Positions 36,851 to 46,557 of a DNA stretch of 64,000 bases are shown one piece after another. Position 1 is the first letter of the stretch; the number at the start of each line of letters is the position of its first letter. The stretch covers positions 62,001-126,000 of IMG/VR virus record IMGVR_UViG_3300049460_000312; one strand, written 5' to 3'. The notes under the pieces were generated by a model. It made no database searches and was not told the DNA's origin. It saw nothing but the letters and a program-made list of their open reading frames with translations. The translations under genes were made by a program, and so were the position numbers.

Positions 36851-37471
36851 TTACAGGCTTGCGCCGTACTGGCTGGTCGGGTCTTGCTCGGCCGCCGCGT
36901 ACGCAGCTTCTGCCGCGTCGTGCGTATCGAGAATAGCCGCCACCTTACGCAAGGTCAGCATCTTGTCGCGATCGTCAGGACGGTCTGCGTACAGACTGTA
37001 CTGCCACGATTGGGTTTCGTGCTCCACAAACACGCCATTCATCAACTGACGATAGGCTTCCTGTTCGTGACCGACGCGACCGGGTTCCGGATCGACGTAC
37101 GTGTCGCTGTACCCTTCGAGTTTGCCGTCGTACCATGCCTGTCGGATGACCGGGCTAGTCATCACCCAACCTTGCATCTGGCTTTGGGCAGACTGCAATT
37201 GCGGAATCGTCAGCAATGTCTCAATCATGTCTTGTCCCATCATGGACTCGACCTGCGTGAGCACAGCTTCTGCGGCGAGCACCGCCGCATCACTGTTAAT
37301 TGCATCGAACATGGCCATCGATCGTTCATAGACCTTCTTGCCATATTCCGTTCCCGCACTTGCCAGCGAACTGATCTGGTTCTGCAGATACTGAACCGTA
37401 TTACTGCTCAGCGTGCCAAACAAGCCTTTCCCGAACAAGGAACCTGTCGGGGCGGAGACGAGTCGTGCCAT
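36851..37471 (-). CDS. Conserved-type chimallivirus hypothetical protein
   Basis: 206-aa ORF with an AAAGGA RBS, downstream of nvRNAP beta'. Confidence 0.7.
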   Translation of the reverse strand: MARLVSAPTGSLFGKGLFGTLSSNTVQYLQNQISSLASAGTEYGKKVYERSMAMFDAINSDAAVLAAEAVLTQVESMMGQDMIETLLTIPQLQSAQSQMQGWVMTSPVIRQAWYDGKLEGYSDTYVDPEPGRVGHEQEAYRQLMNGVFVEHETQSWQYSLYADRPDDRDKMLTLRKVAAILDTHDAAEAAYAAAEQDPTSQYGASL

Positions 37472-37512
37472 TTCTTTCCTTTAAATGCCGAAATCCAAAC
37501 TTCGCTCGCCGA

Positions 37513-39042
37513 TCAGTGCATTTGTGCTCTGGGTGGTGGTGCGTCGGGTAATGCGTTCATACGCTCCAGAGCCGCCTGATCAAGTTCTTCATCCGTGGTT
37601 TCCATCCAGTTGGATGTCGTACCCACCACCGTCTTGGAATGCTCCAATGCCGACGAGATGGCCCGAATGTTGTCCAGACTAAACGAGTTCTTGTACGGTG
37701 CCAGATTCTTCAGTGCATTCGCAATGTAGCCATCCAGTGCGAGCGTGAACTGGAGTGCATCACCGTCAAAGTCGCAGTTAAGCGGCCTGACGATCAGAAT
37801 CGACATCGAAACCGTTTGTCCCTCGTCCGGCGCTTTCACGCGGGCGATGAACACAGCCTGAATAGAACCCCGCTTCAGTGACGGAGGACGGTTCAGCGTC
37901 GCGGCGATGCCACGCGAGTCCGGGGACTCTTCGATCATCTCCTTGAAGAGATAATCCATCAACGGATGGTACGTGGTAGCGTAGCGATGCAGGAAGTCCT
38001 GCGCCTCGTTTGGCGTGAATCCCAACTTGTACAGCTTGTTGGTCAAATGCAGCTGGAACACCGAAGTGGCCACACCCCACGGGATATAAATCTGCTCGTG
38101 ATGATGCGGTTCAGTGATGGAGGCCACCACCGCCCGGAAGCTGAAGTGACTCCGCGTTGCGAACACGTGCTTCCGGAAGATCCCTTCCTTCTTCGCGAGT
38201 CGCTTACTGCACACGTAGTAGTAATACTCGGCGAGACGCGCAACTGCCCGCACCGCACGAGATTCCCGCAACCGCAAGCTCGTGGTGAGCTCGCCCTTTG
38301 ACGAAGGTGTATCGATGCCCGCCAGCGTGAGCACCGCATTGATCGCTTTCGGCGTGAATTCGTCGAGATACACGCCGCCTGAGGTGCCATCTTCCACCAC
38401 CAACAGCGAACGGTGGGGAATCGGCAGATGCGACGAGAACAAGCAGTCCGGATTCTCGTCCAGCATCTTGCGCAGGAAGTCGGTCGTGACGCGACCCTTG
38501 ACCCGCGATTTGAAGATATTCAGCGAAAACAGGAACTCTTTGATCCCGTTCGGACCATTCCAGTTCTCGATGAAGTGATTCAGTCCACGCTCAAACGGCA
38601 ACTGGTCCGTGATCGGCGTGAACTTGCCCACCTGATTCTCAGGAACGCGATATTGCGTATCCGTAAGATATTGAATCAGGTTAAAAGAGCCAATACTGAA
38701 GCGCTCGCTCAGCATCGTCCAGACGATCGGGTTGATCAGTCCGTGAACGCCTGCTGGGGCGCGAATCCATGTAACCGTCTCCAGTTCTTCCGCAACGACT
38801 TCTCGCACTTCGTCATGGCAGAAGGGGCACGTAGTCCCTAGTCGAAATTCCCCTTTGCTTTTCCCGCATGTGCACGAGGGCACATTCGAGAGCATGTCCG
38901 GTGTATGGCGCGTGTAGATCGTCTTGTGGATCAACTCCATGTTCTGCTCGGTAAATGCGGGCAGATCATTGACGATTACAGGCTCGACGGACAGGGTGCT
39001 GTGGACGTGATTAAAGTCCACGAGGCTCTGGTGAATACCCAT
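37513..39042 (-). CDS. rpoC: Non-virion RNA polymerase beta' subunit, N-terminal catalytic part (phiKZ gp55-56.1-like, uninterrupted)
   Basis: CTCG...CPFC zinc site, KEGIFRKHVFATRSHFSFRAV, LNRPPSL and the catalytic NCDFDGD motif. Confidence 0.93.
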   Translation of the reverse strand: MGIHQSLVDFNHVHSTLSVEPVIVNDLPAFTEQNMELIHKTIYTRHTPDMLSNVPSCTCGKSKGEFRLGTTCPFCHDEVREVVAEELETVTWIRAPAGVHGLINPIVWTMLSERFSIGSFNLIQYLTDTQYRVPENQVGKFTPITDQLPFERGLNHFIENWNGPNGIKEFLFSLNIFKSRVKGRVTTDFLRKMLDENPDCLFSSHLPIPHRSLLVVEDGTSGGVYLDEFTPKAINAVLTLAGIDTPSSKGELTTSLRLRESRAVRAVARLAEYYYYVCSKRLAKKEGIFRKHVFATRSHFSFRAVVASITEPHHHEQIYIPWGVATSVFQLHLTNKLYKLGFTPNEAQDFLHRYATTYHPLMDYLFKEMIEESPDSRGIAATLNRPPSLKRGSIQAVFIARVKAPDEGQTVSMSILIVRPLNCDFDGDALQFTLALDGYIANALKNLAPYKNSFSLDNIRAISSALEHSKTVVGTTSNWMETTDEELDQAALERMNALPDAPPPRAQMH

Positions 39043-39150
39043 AAGGCAGTGGTGAGGTGACTTGTGGAAGGAAAAAAAGAAAGCCGCCGAAGCGGCTTCC
39101 GACTACTTCAGAACACTGGGCCGGGGTTTTCACCCCGGCTTGCATGCTCC

Positions 39151-41265
39151 TTAGTAGTTGCCTGCACCACCCGTGTTGGTGGCACGCTGATGCGCGTAGC
39201 GGCCGAACGAGCCCGCTGCCACACCTGCGGCTGCATTGCGACGCATGCCCGACGGCACGAACGAACCAGCCGTGCCGAGGTTCGTCGGCAGGTTGCGCAT
39301 GTACGGAGCAACCATACGTGCGGTGCCCTGCGGAGCCGAGACGCCGACCTTCGTTTCGTACACGATACCTGCTTCCGCAACTGCTGCGGCGATAGCGTAG
39401 ATGAACGTCGGGTTGAACGTCACGCGAACCGAGCGACCGGTGATGGTCATCGATTCGAACAGGCCTTGCTGGATACGACGCGTTTCGGTCAGACGGAACA
39501 TCGGATCGACTTCTGCGTTGGCCTGCAGGTTCGACCAGTCGTTGATGGTTTCCAGCTCGCTGTCGCCCGTGGCGTTCAGCACGCAGAGGTAGTCGCCGTC
39601 GCGGATGTCGCGCTTGCCGCCTTGTGCGAAGTAGAAACCGTTGTTCACGTACATGTTGTCGTTGAACACCGGAGCCTTCATCACACCGCCGTTGGCCGCC
39701 TTGTAGATCGGCGAGAACTTGCCGCCCGTCAGCAGGTCTGCTGCGTCGAACAGGTCCTTGATCGCGTTCTGGTCACCGCGTGCAGCTGCGGCGAACACGC
39801 CCGTGATCCAGCTCGACGGACCGCTTTCCGGCACGTCCATGGAGATGAGCAGCGGTTCCAGATGGAAGTACGTCTGGATGACAGCGGCGAGCGCTGCATC
39901 GTTGACGTTCGCGCTGTTCAGCGGCAGACGGCCAGCCTTCGGCAGTTCGCCACCCATGTAGCCCATCGGCATTTGCTGCGGTGCTTCCAGACCGATTGCC
40001 GACAGGTCGCGGATGTTCATGCCGCCTTCCTGATGGCTCGCGCCGTTCTTGTGCTGCTGGATCAACGCGCCGATCCAACGGTTGTCGTTGTACAGCGCTT
40101 GCGTGGTCGCGAGACCTTGCAGGATCACCGGCAGTTCGCACACGTCGTCCGGTGCATCGATGTTCGTGATGACCAGGCGCGGCGTGTAGATCTTCAGCTG
40201 ATCCGGCGTTTGCGCCATGTTGCCCATACCGCCGAACTGCGCAGGCGACGAAGCCGTCGACGGCGTCGAGGTCAGGTCGATGTAGCCGAGCAGCTGCGTG
40301 AGCAACGTCTTCGCTTGCGACGTGTTGTACTGGAACTCACCGGTGTTCTGGTTGTTCTGCTGCTTGCCCGTCAGCATCGACATTTCCAGCACGACGTCGC
40401 CGCGTACCGGCTGGCCGTTCAAGTCGACGAAGTGACCCCAGCTCGACTTGATTTCGTTCTGGAACGTCTGTTGCGCCATTTCCGGCGTGATCGTCCAGCT
40501 GTCTTCTGCGACCATCGTGGCGAGCATCACCGACGTTGCCGTCGTCGCGTTGGCGATGACGTTACGCACCGCTTCTTCCGAACGCAGGTCCAGATCCGCC
40601 GGCACGACGTTCGATTCTGCGTCGATCAGCGTGTAGCCGCGGTAGTTGTCCGAGATGATCTGCACGACACGGGCGCGCAGCGTTGCGTCGTACGCGTCAG
40701 CCGGGACGACCAGGCGTTCGTACTTGATGCCGTTGCCGAACTGCGCTTCGACAGCGGTCTGACCGCGGGCGGTTTGCGCGAGCAACAGCGTGTGGTAGGC
40801 GACGTACTTTTCGCCGGCGTTTTCCTGGCCCTTCAGGACCGCTGCGACGACCAGTGCCGAGATGAGCAGGCCTTCCTTTTCACCGTCGAGCGCGAAGAAC
40901 GCGAACTTGACGGGCTGGTCGACTTCACCTTCGGCGATCTTGTCGGTGACTTCGACGATGGCGCGCATGGCTTGCGAAGTGGCCGCGCGCGAGATGCCGT
41001 AGTTTTGACGGGTGGAGATCATGGAACGGGTTCCTTGCGATTGAGTATTGTTGGTGGTTTGATGCGAAGCTTGCTGGGTTTGCGGTGCGGCACCCTGCGT
41101 GCCGGTGTTGCTAGCAGCGGCTGCGGCGGCGGCGAAGGTATTCTTCTTGCCCGGCGCCTGCGGCGGCTGCTTGTTCGGTTCGGAAGGCGTCGAAGCCGAC
41201 GTGTCGGCAGCCTTTTCACCATTGTTGTTTCCGTCGCTACCGTTGTCGTCGACTTGGATGGCCAT
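39151..41265 (-). CDS. chmA: Chimallin, major nuclear shell protein (phiKZ gp54-like)
   Basis: 704 aa with very strong codon bias, a disordered N-terminus and an extended C-terminal tail. It lies immediately upstream of nvRNAP beta'-N and downstream of the DNA polymerase, the conserved chimallin locus. Confidence 0.78.
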   Translation of the reverse strand: MAIQVDDNGSDGNNNGEKAADTSASTPSEPNKQPPQAPGKKNTFAAAAAAASNTGTQGAAPQTQQASHQTTNNTQSQGTRSMISTRQNYGISRAATSQAMRAIVEVTDKIAEGEVDQPVKFAFFALDGEKEGLLISALVVAAVLKGQENAGEKYVAYHTLLLAQTARGQTAVEAQFGNGIKYERLVVPADAYDATLRARVVQIISDNYRGYTLIDAESNVVPADLDLRSEEAVRNVIANATTATSVMLATMVAEDSWTITPEMAQQTFQNEIKSSWGHFVDLNGQPVRGDVVLEMSMLTGKQQNNQNTGEFQYNTSQAKTLLTQLLGYIDLTSTPSTASSPAQFGGMGNMAQTPDQLKIYTPRLVITNIDAPDDVCELPVILQGLATTQALYNDNRWIGALIQQHKNGASHQEGGMNIRDLSAIGLEAPQQMPMGYMGGELPKAGRLPLNSANVNDAALAAVIQTYFHLEPLLISMDVPESGPSSWITGVFAAAARGDQNAIKDLFDAADLLTGGKFSPIYKAANGGVMKAPVFNDNMYVNNGFYFAQGGKRDIRDGDYLCVLNATGDSELETINDWSNLQANAEVDPMFRLTETRRIQQGLFESMTITGRSVRVTFNPTFIYAIAAAVAEAGIVYETKVGVSAPQGTARMVAPYMRNLPTNLGTAGSFVPSGMRRNAAAGVAAGSFGRYAHQRATNTGGAGNY

Positions 41266-41344
41266 GGTACTTTCCTTTTACGGTTGATGGTTTAGACAAA
41301 CAGGCTTTGCAAAGCTGTCTTTTGGAGCATAGCGCACTGTACTC

Positions 41345-41371
41345 CAAGTTAGTAATATGAGACTCAAAAAT
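41345..41371 (-). promoter_or_regulatory. Putative phage promoter for chimallin, CATATTAC motif
   Basis: The minus strand reads TTTTTGAGTCTCATATTACTAACTTGG, about 85 nt upstream of the start; the leader contains a GCTTTGCAAAGC hairpin. Confidence 0.7.
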
Positions 41372-41613
41372 CTTTGAATCCAATTCCACTCGGTAGACAG
41401 GGTTGCTAAGTTCCCACGACATCATAGTCGTGGGGCAGAGGAGGGCTCGATGGCTGTTCTCTTCTACACAATATATAACGGTGTAAATTTATACCTTTGT
41501 TCTTATTCTCCGTACGAAACGTGGGACTACAGCCCAATCTTGTAGACAATTTCAGCGGGACTCCCACTCTTAAGAGGCCCAGCATCCAGAACTCACTATA
41601 GTCAGCTCCAGCC

Positions 41614-42693
41614 ATGCAAAACCTCTTTCGCCTTGAGCCCGATACCAATACGGGAAGTATTGAATTGCGGCAATGGCACTACGCTGCGGACGGACTACTC
41701 GCAAACGTCGACAAAGTCGAACAGTTCTATCGCGATTACCCCATCGCCGTTTCCGGCTCCCACCTGCTGGTTCGCTTGATCCAGTCGGTCAACGTGAGCC
41801 GCACACTTCCCTTTGATCGCTACGTTGCGAACTGCAGCGCTCGGTCATTGAATGTCGCGCAGGCGTTAAAAATCACCTCAGCCCTCGGTAAGGGTCAGAT
41901 GTGGGACGGCGTCTTCCACGGTGGTGCGCAAGAGATTATCCTCGCCCATGACACGTATTTCAATCTGCAGGATGCATACACCAACTGGAAGGACCTGCAA
42001 CCCATCACGGTACTGCTGCATAGCCAGTCGAATACCAACCTGCTGATTCCGGATGGCCGCAAGAACTCACTCGACACCGGCGTGGCGATGATTGCGATCA
42101 ATGTGCCGATGCTTCTCGCGCAGTATTATCGCTTTAACCAGGAACAGGACCTGGTCGAACAGAATGGTGGGGCACGGCGTACCCTGTATCAGTTTCTCCA
42201 CAGCTATCCGCTCACGAACATGGTGCGTTCACAGCTGGATAGCGCGGTATTCAACCGTCTGTACAACCGGGTAACCGGTGTGCCGAACGTGGACGCCATT
42301 CGTAAGCACAGTTTCTTCCTGGTGGACTACGATCAGGCGTTGGATACCTCAGCTGAGCAGCAGATTACTTGGCTGCGTCAACAGAAGCGACGCTTTCCGG
42401 GTCTGATGGCAGGGACAAAACTACCCGTGAGTGGTGATCTGTGGGAATTCTCCCGACTGCCGACCGTGCCGTACACGTTACAGGTGTTCTGGGCGCTTAC
42501 GGTTGCCCGCATGAAGGAAGTGGCGTTCATGTGTCTAGCCATGAAAGACATTGAAGCCAGTAACAAGCGGGAATTGGACACGATTCGTTGGTTGATGAAG
42601 CTGCACCAGACCAAACAGGTCGTGAAAAACTCGATGGGCTTAGAAGCCTGGTTTGAAGTAGCACCTTACTTTGACATCGTCGGGATTGAATAA
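41614..42693 (+). CDS. Conserved-type chimallivirus hypothetical protein (possibly virion)
   Basis: 359-aa ORF divergent from chimallin. Confidence 0.7.
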   Translation: MQNLFRLEPDTNTGSIELRQWHYAADGLLANVDKVEQFYRDYPIAVSGSHLLVRLIQSVNVSRTLPFDRYVANCSARSLNVAQALKITSALGKGQMWDGVFHGGAQEIILAHDTYFNLQDAYTNWKDLQPITVLLHSQSNTNLLIPDGRKNSLDTGVAMIAINVPMLLAQYYRFNQEQDLVEQNGGARRTLYQFLHSYPLTNMVRSQLDSAVFNRLYNRVTGVPNVDAIRKHSFFLVDYDQALDTSAEQQITWLRQQKRRFPGLMAGTKLPVSGDLWEFSRLPTVPYTLQVFWALTVARMKEVAFMCLAMKDIEASNKRELDTIRWLMKLHQTKQVVKNSMGLEAWFEVAPYFDIVGIE

Positions 42694-42702
42694 AAGAAAA
42701 AG

Positions 42703-42748
42703 GCGGCATAAAAACGAGAGCGGGCGAAATGCCCGCTCTCTATGCCGC
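42703..42748. terminator. Bidirectional GCGGCATA-hairpin-TATGCCGC element
   Basis: Perfect outer inverted repeat GCGGCATA/TATGCCGC around GAGAGCGGGC-GAAAT-GCCCGCTCTC. Confidence 0.8.
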
Positions 42749-43092
42749 TATTTGACAATATCGTACTTGGCGTGGAACGCCATAACGATGGCCTGCTCTT
42801 CGGGCTTCAGGGGATCAACTTCCACACTGTAGTGCGGAGCCCAACCCCGGTGCAGAATGACCAGCGCAGTCAGTTGATTGCTGTACTGGCCATCTTCCCG
42901 ACGCCAGCCCTCCAAACGCCAGGGATACTCGGTCAGCGTATACTCTGCTTCTGAATCAATCCTTCCATTCACCCACAGCTGGCGGATCTCGTCCTCGTTG
43001 TAGGAACATTCCAGGATGTCTTGCGACAGATCCCCGATATACTCCCACAACGTGCCTTCCGGAATCTTAAATGCTTTCTTGTCGCTGGACAC
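42748..43092 (-). CDS. Hypothetical protein
   Basis: 114-aa ORF with an AGGAGG RBS. Confidence 0.7.
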   Translation of the reverse strand: MSSDKKAFKIPEGTLWEYIGDLSQDILECSYNEDEIRQLWVNGRIDSEAEYTLTEYPWRLEGWRREDGQYSNQLTALVILHRGWAPHYSVEVDPLKPEEQAIVMAFHAKYDIVK

Positions 43093-43106
43093 GCACCCTC
43101 CTTTTG

Positions 43107-45338
43107 TTAATAGTAGTCGCTCGCGAGCTCCGAGATCTTGTCATCCAGGCAGTAATATCCGAGTGTCTCAAGAATTAAATAAAACACCGCCGTACAGTCG
43201 AGCACCGTACGACGCAAATCCATCGCCTGAACGATTTCAGTCGGCACACCGTGGACGGCCAGACGCTGCTGCGGGAGCAGGAACGTCGAAATCGTCTTTT
43301 TGCCGGTTTCCTTGAAGTATTTGTCAAGTTCCGTCTTGATGTGCTTGTCCTCAATCCCTTCCAGCCACGAGGTGATCACGCGTTGGTTCGGCAAATGCAC
43401 CGGCACCTTGAACACCGCATACGGCGGCTCGTCCATATGGCCATACTTCTGGGCAAAGATGCGTTGCCAGAGCATGTAGTGCACATACGGCGACTGTTCC
43501 GGCTCTTTCGTGTACGAACCCTTGGACTTGATCTGCTGCGAACGGAAGTACGTCGAGTCACCCGCAATCGCCGCCGCGATAATGTCGCGTTCGATCTGGG
43601 CAACCTGCTCCAGCTTCTCGGCAATGGAAATCTTCTCACCCTGAGCCGCAGCATCCATGATAGCCTGCATCATTTTCTCTGCTTTCTTCATGATCGCGGC
43701 CGGCACGTTTGATGACTTCAAGTGCACGCCCTTGATTTCCATGTCGTACTCGATGAAGAGGTTACCTTCCTGGCAGCCGATATAGGCGAAGTAGTGCTTC
43801 CCTACCTGGGTCGGCACAAACACGTCGAACTTGAACTCGTTTTTCATTGCCACCTGATAAATACGCTTGGTAACAATGCCGAAGTTCGCGGACATCCGCG
43901 CCAGAATGTGGGTGATCGATTCCGCCGCCAGCCAGATCATCGTGGCCGCTACTGCATTGGTTTCGTCGTCCACCAGCATCTTGCCGGTTTGCCACTTCAC
44001 CCAGTCCTGCACGGTGAAAATGGTCGAGTCGGTGTCCGAGGTCAAGGCCGCACGACGGATCGAGGTCGGGAAGAACGCGAGTGAAGCCGGGACGTTCTGC
44101 GTCACCAGCAGCGTTTCGATCAGGGTACGTTGTTCGATCACCACGCGATGGATGTTGACACAGGTGGCTGCGATATGACTCAGCTTGACGCGATCCTTTT
44201 CCATCCGGATCACTTCATCGGCTTTGAACTTCGCGATCTCTTCCTCCGAAGCCCCATCCTTGATCAGCTTCGCCAGGGCTTTCTCGTCCGGCTTCTCCGA
44301 GAGCTTCTTCCAGTCGACGCCCTTCATCACATCGGGAATCAACTGCACGGCAAGCAACACGTACTCGCCCCGCAGACCCTTGATGATCTTCGACGGTTCT
44401 TCAAAGTCACCGTAGCAGGGCGTTGAAAGCTCGCCGATAAACTTGCGAATCGGTGCATCGTTATACATCGCGACGTGGAACAGGTCGCCGATATACACGA
44501 AGGCTGCACGTTCGATGGGCGTGAGCTTGTCGAGCAGCTCGGCAATTATGCGTTCCTGCTTGGCGCTCTTCCAATAGAAGCGTGTGGAGAACAACACGCA
44601 CTGCATCGCCTCTTCGGTCGTCGGGTAATGCAGTTGGTACTCGTCCATCAGCTTCTGCATCTGGGCGAGATCTGTGCGGTTCGCGATCGAGACGATGTTG
44701 TTGATCACAATCGACGGATGGTGATAGTGCCGGTTACCCGACAGCATCTTCTCGTTATTCGCGTTACCGTAACCCGAGGTCGAGCGGCAGTTCGAGGTGA
44801 GCGTTGAGTGCGCGGTCTTGTTGTTCAGCGGCGTCGACGTTGAGACATGGCCGCCGGAGATCGCGTTATTCGCAATCTTCGCATTCGACTGCTCGGAATT
44901 CTTGAAGGTTTCCAGTTCGTTATTGCCCGCCATCTTCGCGGCAAACATGGCATGCTTCGCTTTGGAGCGGATTGCCACGTTCTCGTCGACAAATTCCACC
45001 AGGATCGATTGCTTCTCGTCCGGATGCACGTAGGTGGTCAGCGTCGGCGCAATCAGTTCACGGTTCTTCAGGGAGTCGGTGATATACCCGAGCAGCGTCC
45101 CTTCCTTTTCCACCCGGTCTTCGTAATCTTCACGTTCGAGATACGTGATCTTCGGGTCCTTGAACTCAAAGAGTCCACCCGGCTTCAGGTTTGCCTTGAT
45201 AAATTCGGCGCACTTCTCAATAGGGTCGCCCGTCATGATTGACAGGAACTTCGACACGTCTTCCACGTAGTGCTTCAGCGGATTGATATCGCGCTGATAG
45301 TCACCTTGTTCCAGAACAAAAGGGTTTTCGACAGTCAT
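43107..45338 (-). CDS. Family B DNA polymerase, polymerase domain (phiKZ gp50-like)
   Basis: KIANNAISG (motif B, KxxxNxxG), LTSDTDST (motif C), KHYFAY and EIKGVHLK. Confidence 0.88.
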   Translation of the reverse strand: MTVENPFVLEQGDYQRDINPLKHYVEDVSKFLSIMTGDPIEKCAEFIKANLKPGGLFEFKDPKITYLEREDYEDRVEKEGTLLGYITDSLKNRELIAPTLTTYVHPDEKQSILVEFVDENVAIRSKAKHAMFAAKMAGNNELETFKNSEQSNAKIANNAISGGHVSTSTPLNNKTAHSTLTSNCRSTSGYGNANNEKMLSGNRHYHHPSIVINNIVSIANRTDLAQMQKLMDEYQLHYPTTEEAMQCVLFSTRFYWKSAKQERIIAELLDKLTPIERAAFVYIGDLFHVAMYNDAPIRKFIGELSTPCYGDFEEPSKIIKGLRGEYVLLAVQLIPDVMKGVDWKKLSEKPDEKALAKLIKDGASEEEIAKFKADEVIRMEKDRVKLSHIAATCVNIHRVVIEQRTLIETLLVTQNVPASLAFFPTSIRRAALTSDTDSTIFTVQDWVKWQTGKMLVDDETNAVAATMIWLAAESITHILARMSANFGIVTKRIYQVAMKNEFKFDVFVPTQVGKHYFAYIGCQEGNLFIEYDMEIKGVHLKSSNVPAAIMKKAEKMMQAIMDAAAQGEKISIAEKLEQVAQIERDIIAAAIAGDSTYFRSQQIKSKGSYTKEPEQSPYVHYMLWQRIFAQKYGHMDEPPYAVFKVPVHLPNQRVITSWLEGIEDKHIKTELDKYFKETGKKTISTFLLPQQRLAVHGVPTEIVQAMDLRRTVLDCTAVFYLILETLGYYCLDDKISELASDYY

Positions 45339-45459
45339 TGTTGTTGCGTGGTAGGTAAGAGGGTGGCACTCACTTCGTGCCTAGCAGATAATGCTCCGAA
45401 AAAATAAAAAAGGCATAAAGGCGCAGCAGACGACCGAAGTCGCCCACCGCGCTCTCTGC

Positions 45460-45672
45460 TTACACGCCCAAGCCTTCTGAACGCATGCTGTCCTCAATCG
45501 ACCAGCCGAGGTTCCAGGCGACGGCCTTGTCATGCCACGATTCAATCGTTTCACCCGTGGCGGCCGGCATCATCACCGGTTTGTAATAGGGGTTATCCAC
45601 AAAGCTGGAATTCAGCGCCCGTGCATTGGCGCCTTGCTTTTCGATATCGGGATGTTGCATAGCCTCACTCAT
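45460..45672 (-). CDS. CrpP-related / RMF-like small protein
   Basis: GANARA...DNPY...W...AWNLGW pattern shared with CrpP-related proteins and ribosome modulation factor. Confidence 0.6.
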   Translation of the reverse strand: MSEAMQHPDIEKQGANARALNSSFVDNPYYKPVMMPAATGETIESWHDKAVAWNLGWSIEDSMRSEGLGV

Positions 45673-46141
45673 TCGGTAATCTTTTTGGCAGCAAAAGACG
45701 CCACCTGTCTTTGAGATAAACGAGAAGCGCCCGGAGCTTGGCCTGGAACCGGCCATGTCTGAAACGCTTCCGGATGTAGTGCGGGTGAACACGCACGCTC
45801 TCCAGATTCATCCACCGAAGAATGTCGACGAGATCGTCTTGCGGATCTTCTGAACCACCGTTGGTGAATTTGATACGCAGACCGTACAGCAAATCATCGC
45901 CCGCACAAGAATAGCGGATCTGCAGCCTGACTTCATTCGTCGGGGTATCGTATTCGACGAGGGCCACGTGAATAAAGTCCTGCTCCACGGGGTAGATATA
46001 GAAGTAATCCTTGTTGACCTCGTACTGCTGGAACTCCTTGCGTAGATGGTGGAGCACTACCGGATGGGTAATCCGGTAGAAGCCTTTTTCGCGCAGGATC
46101 TCGCGCGCCTTTTCAATCGTGAGAGAAATCGTGAGAGACAT
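45665..46141 (-). CDS. Hypothetical protein
   Basis: 158-aa ORF with an AAGGA RBS, coupled to the next gene. Confidence 0.65.
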   Translation of the reverse strand: MSLTISLTIEKAREILREKGFYRITHPVVLHHLRKEFQQYEVNKDYFYIYPVEQDFIHVALVEYDTPTNEVRLQIRYSCAGDDLLYGLRIKFTNGGSEDPQDDLVDILRWMNLESVRVHPHYIRKRFRHGRFQAKLRALLVYLKDRWRLLLPKRLPNE

Positions 46142-46524
46142 GGGTTAGTTTTCCTTTAATTTGCGGCATAAACCAGAAACAGACCCCACGCCCGTGAGGA
46201 ATCTGTTCCTGGTTCAGAGGCGCTCCACAAGTACCACTCAACAACCGTTCCCGATAAATCTACACCAAAGAAGGAGTGCGAGACCTTCCCTGGCGGATCT
46301 ACCTAACCCACACGGGATTCTTTCCTACGTGCTTCACCGCGCGTAGAAGTCAGCAGAGTATCAGAACGATCGTTAGTCCTAGGCTTCACCACAAAGCCGC
46401 TCGTCACGCTCTAAAGGAAAGAGAAAACTTCGTGACGGGAACGAGGGTGACCAGTCCCTCGGTCTTTGCATCAAATATTGCTCGCCGTAAAAAATAACCA
46501 ACGAGCCCTATCCTTACTACATTG

Positions 46525-46550
46525 CAACTTGGTAATGTGTTGCTGAAAAC
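46525..46550 (-). promoter_or_regulatory. Putative phage promoter (CACATTAC variant)
   Basis: The minus strand reads GTTTTCAGCAACACATTACCAAGTTG. Confidence 0.55.
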
Positions 46551-46557
46551 ATCTGCA

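Noticed and set aside
23400-39042. Self-splicing introns or homing endonucleases in the nvRNAP genes, as occur in phiKZ
   Set aside because: Both the beta and beta'-N subunits are single uninterrupted ORFs with all motifs in frame; no HNH, GIY-YIG or LAGLIDADG ORF was seen.
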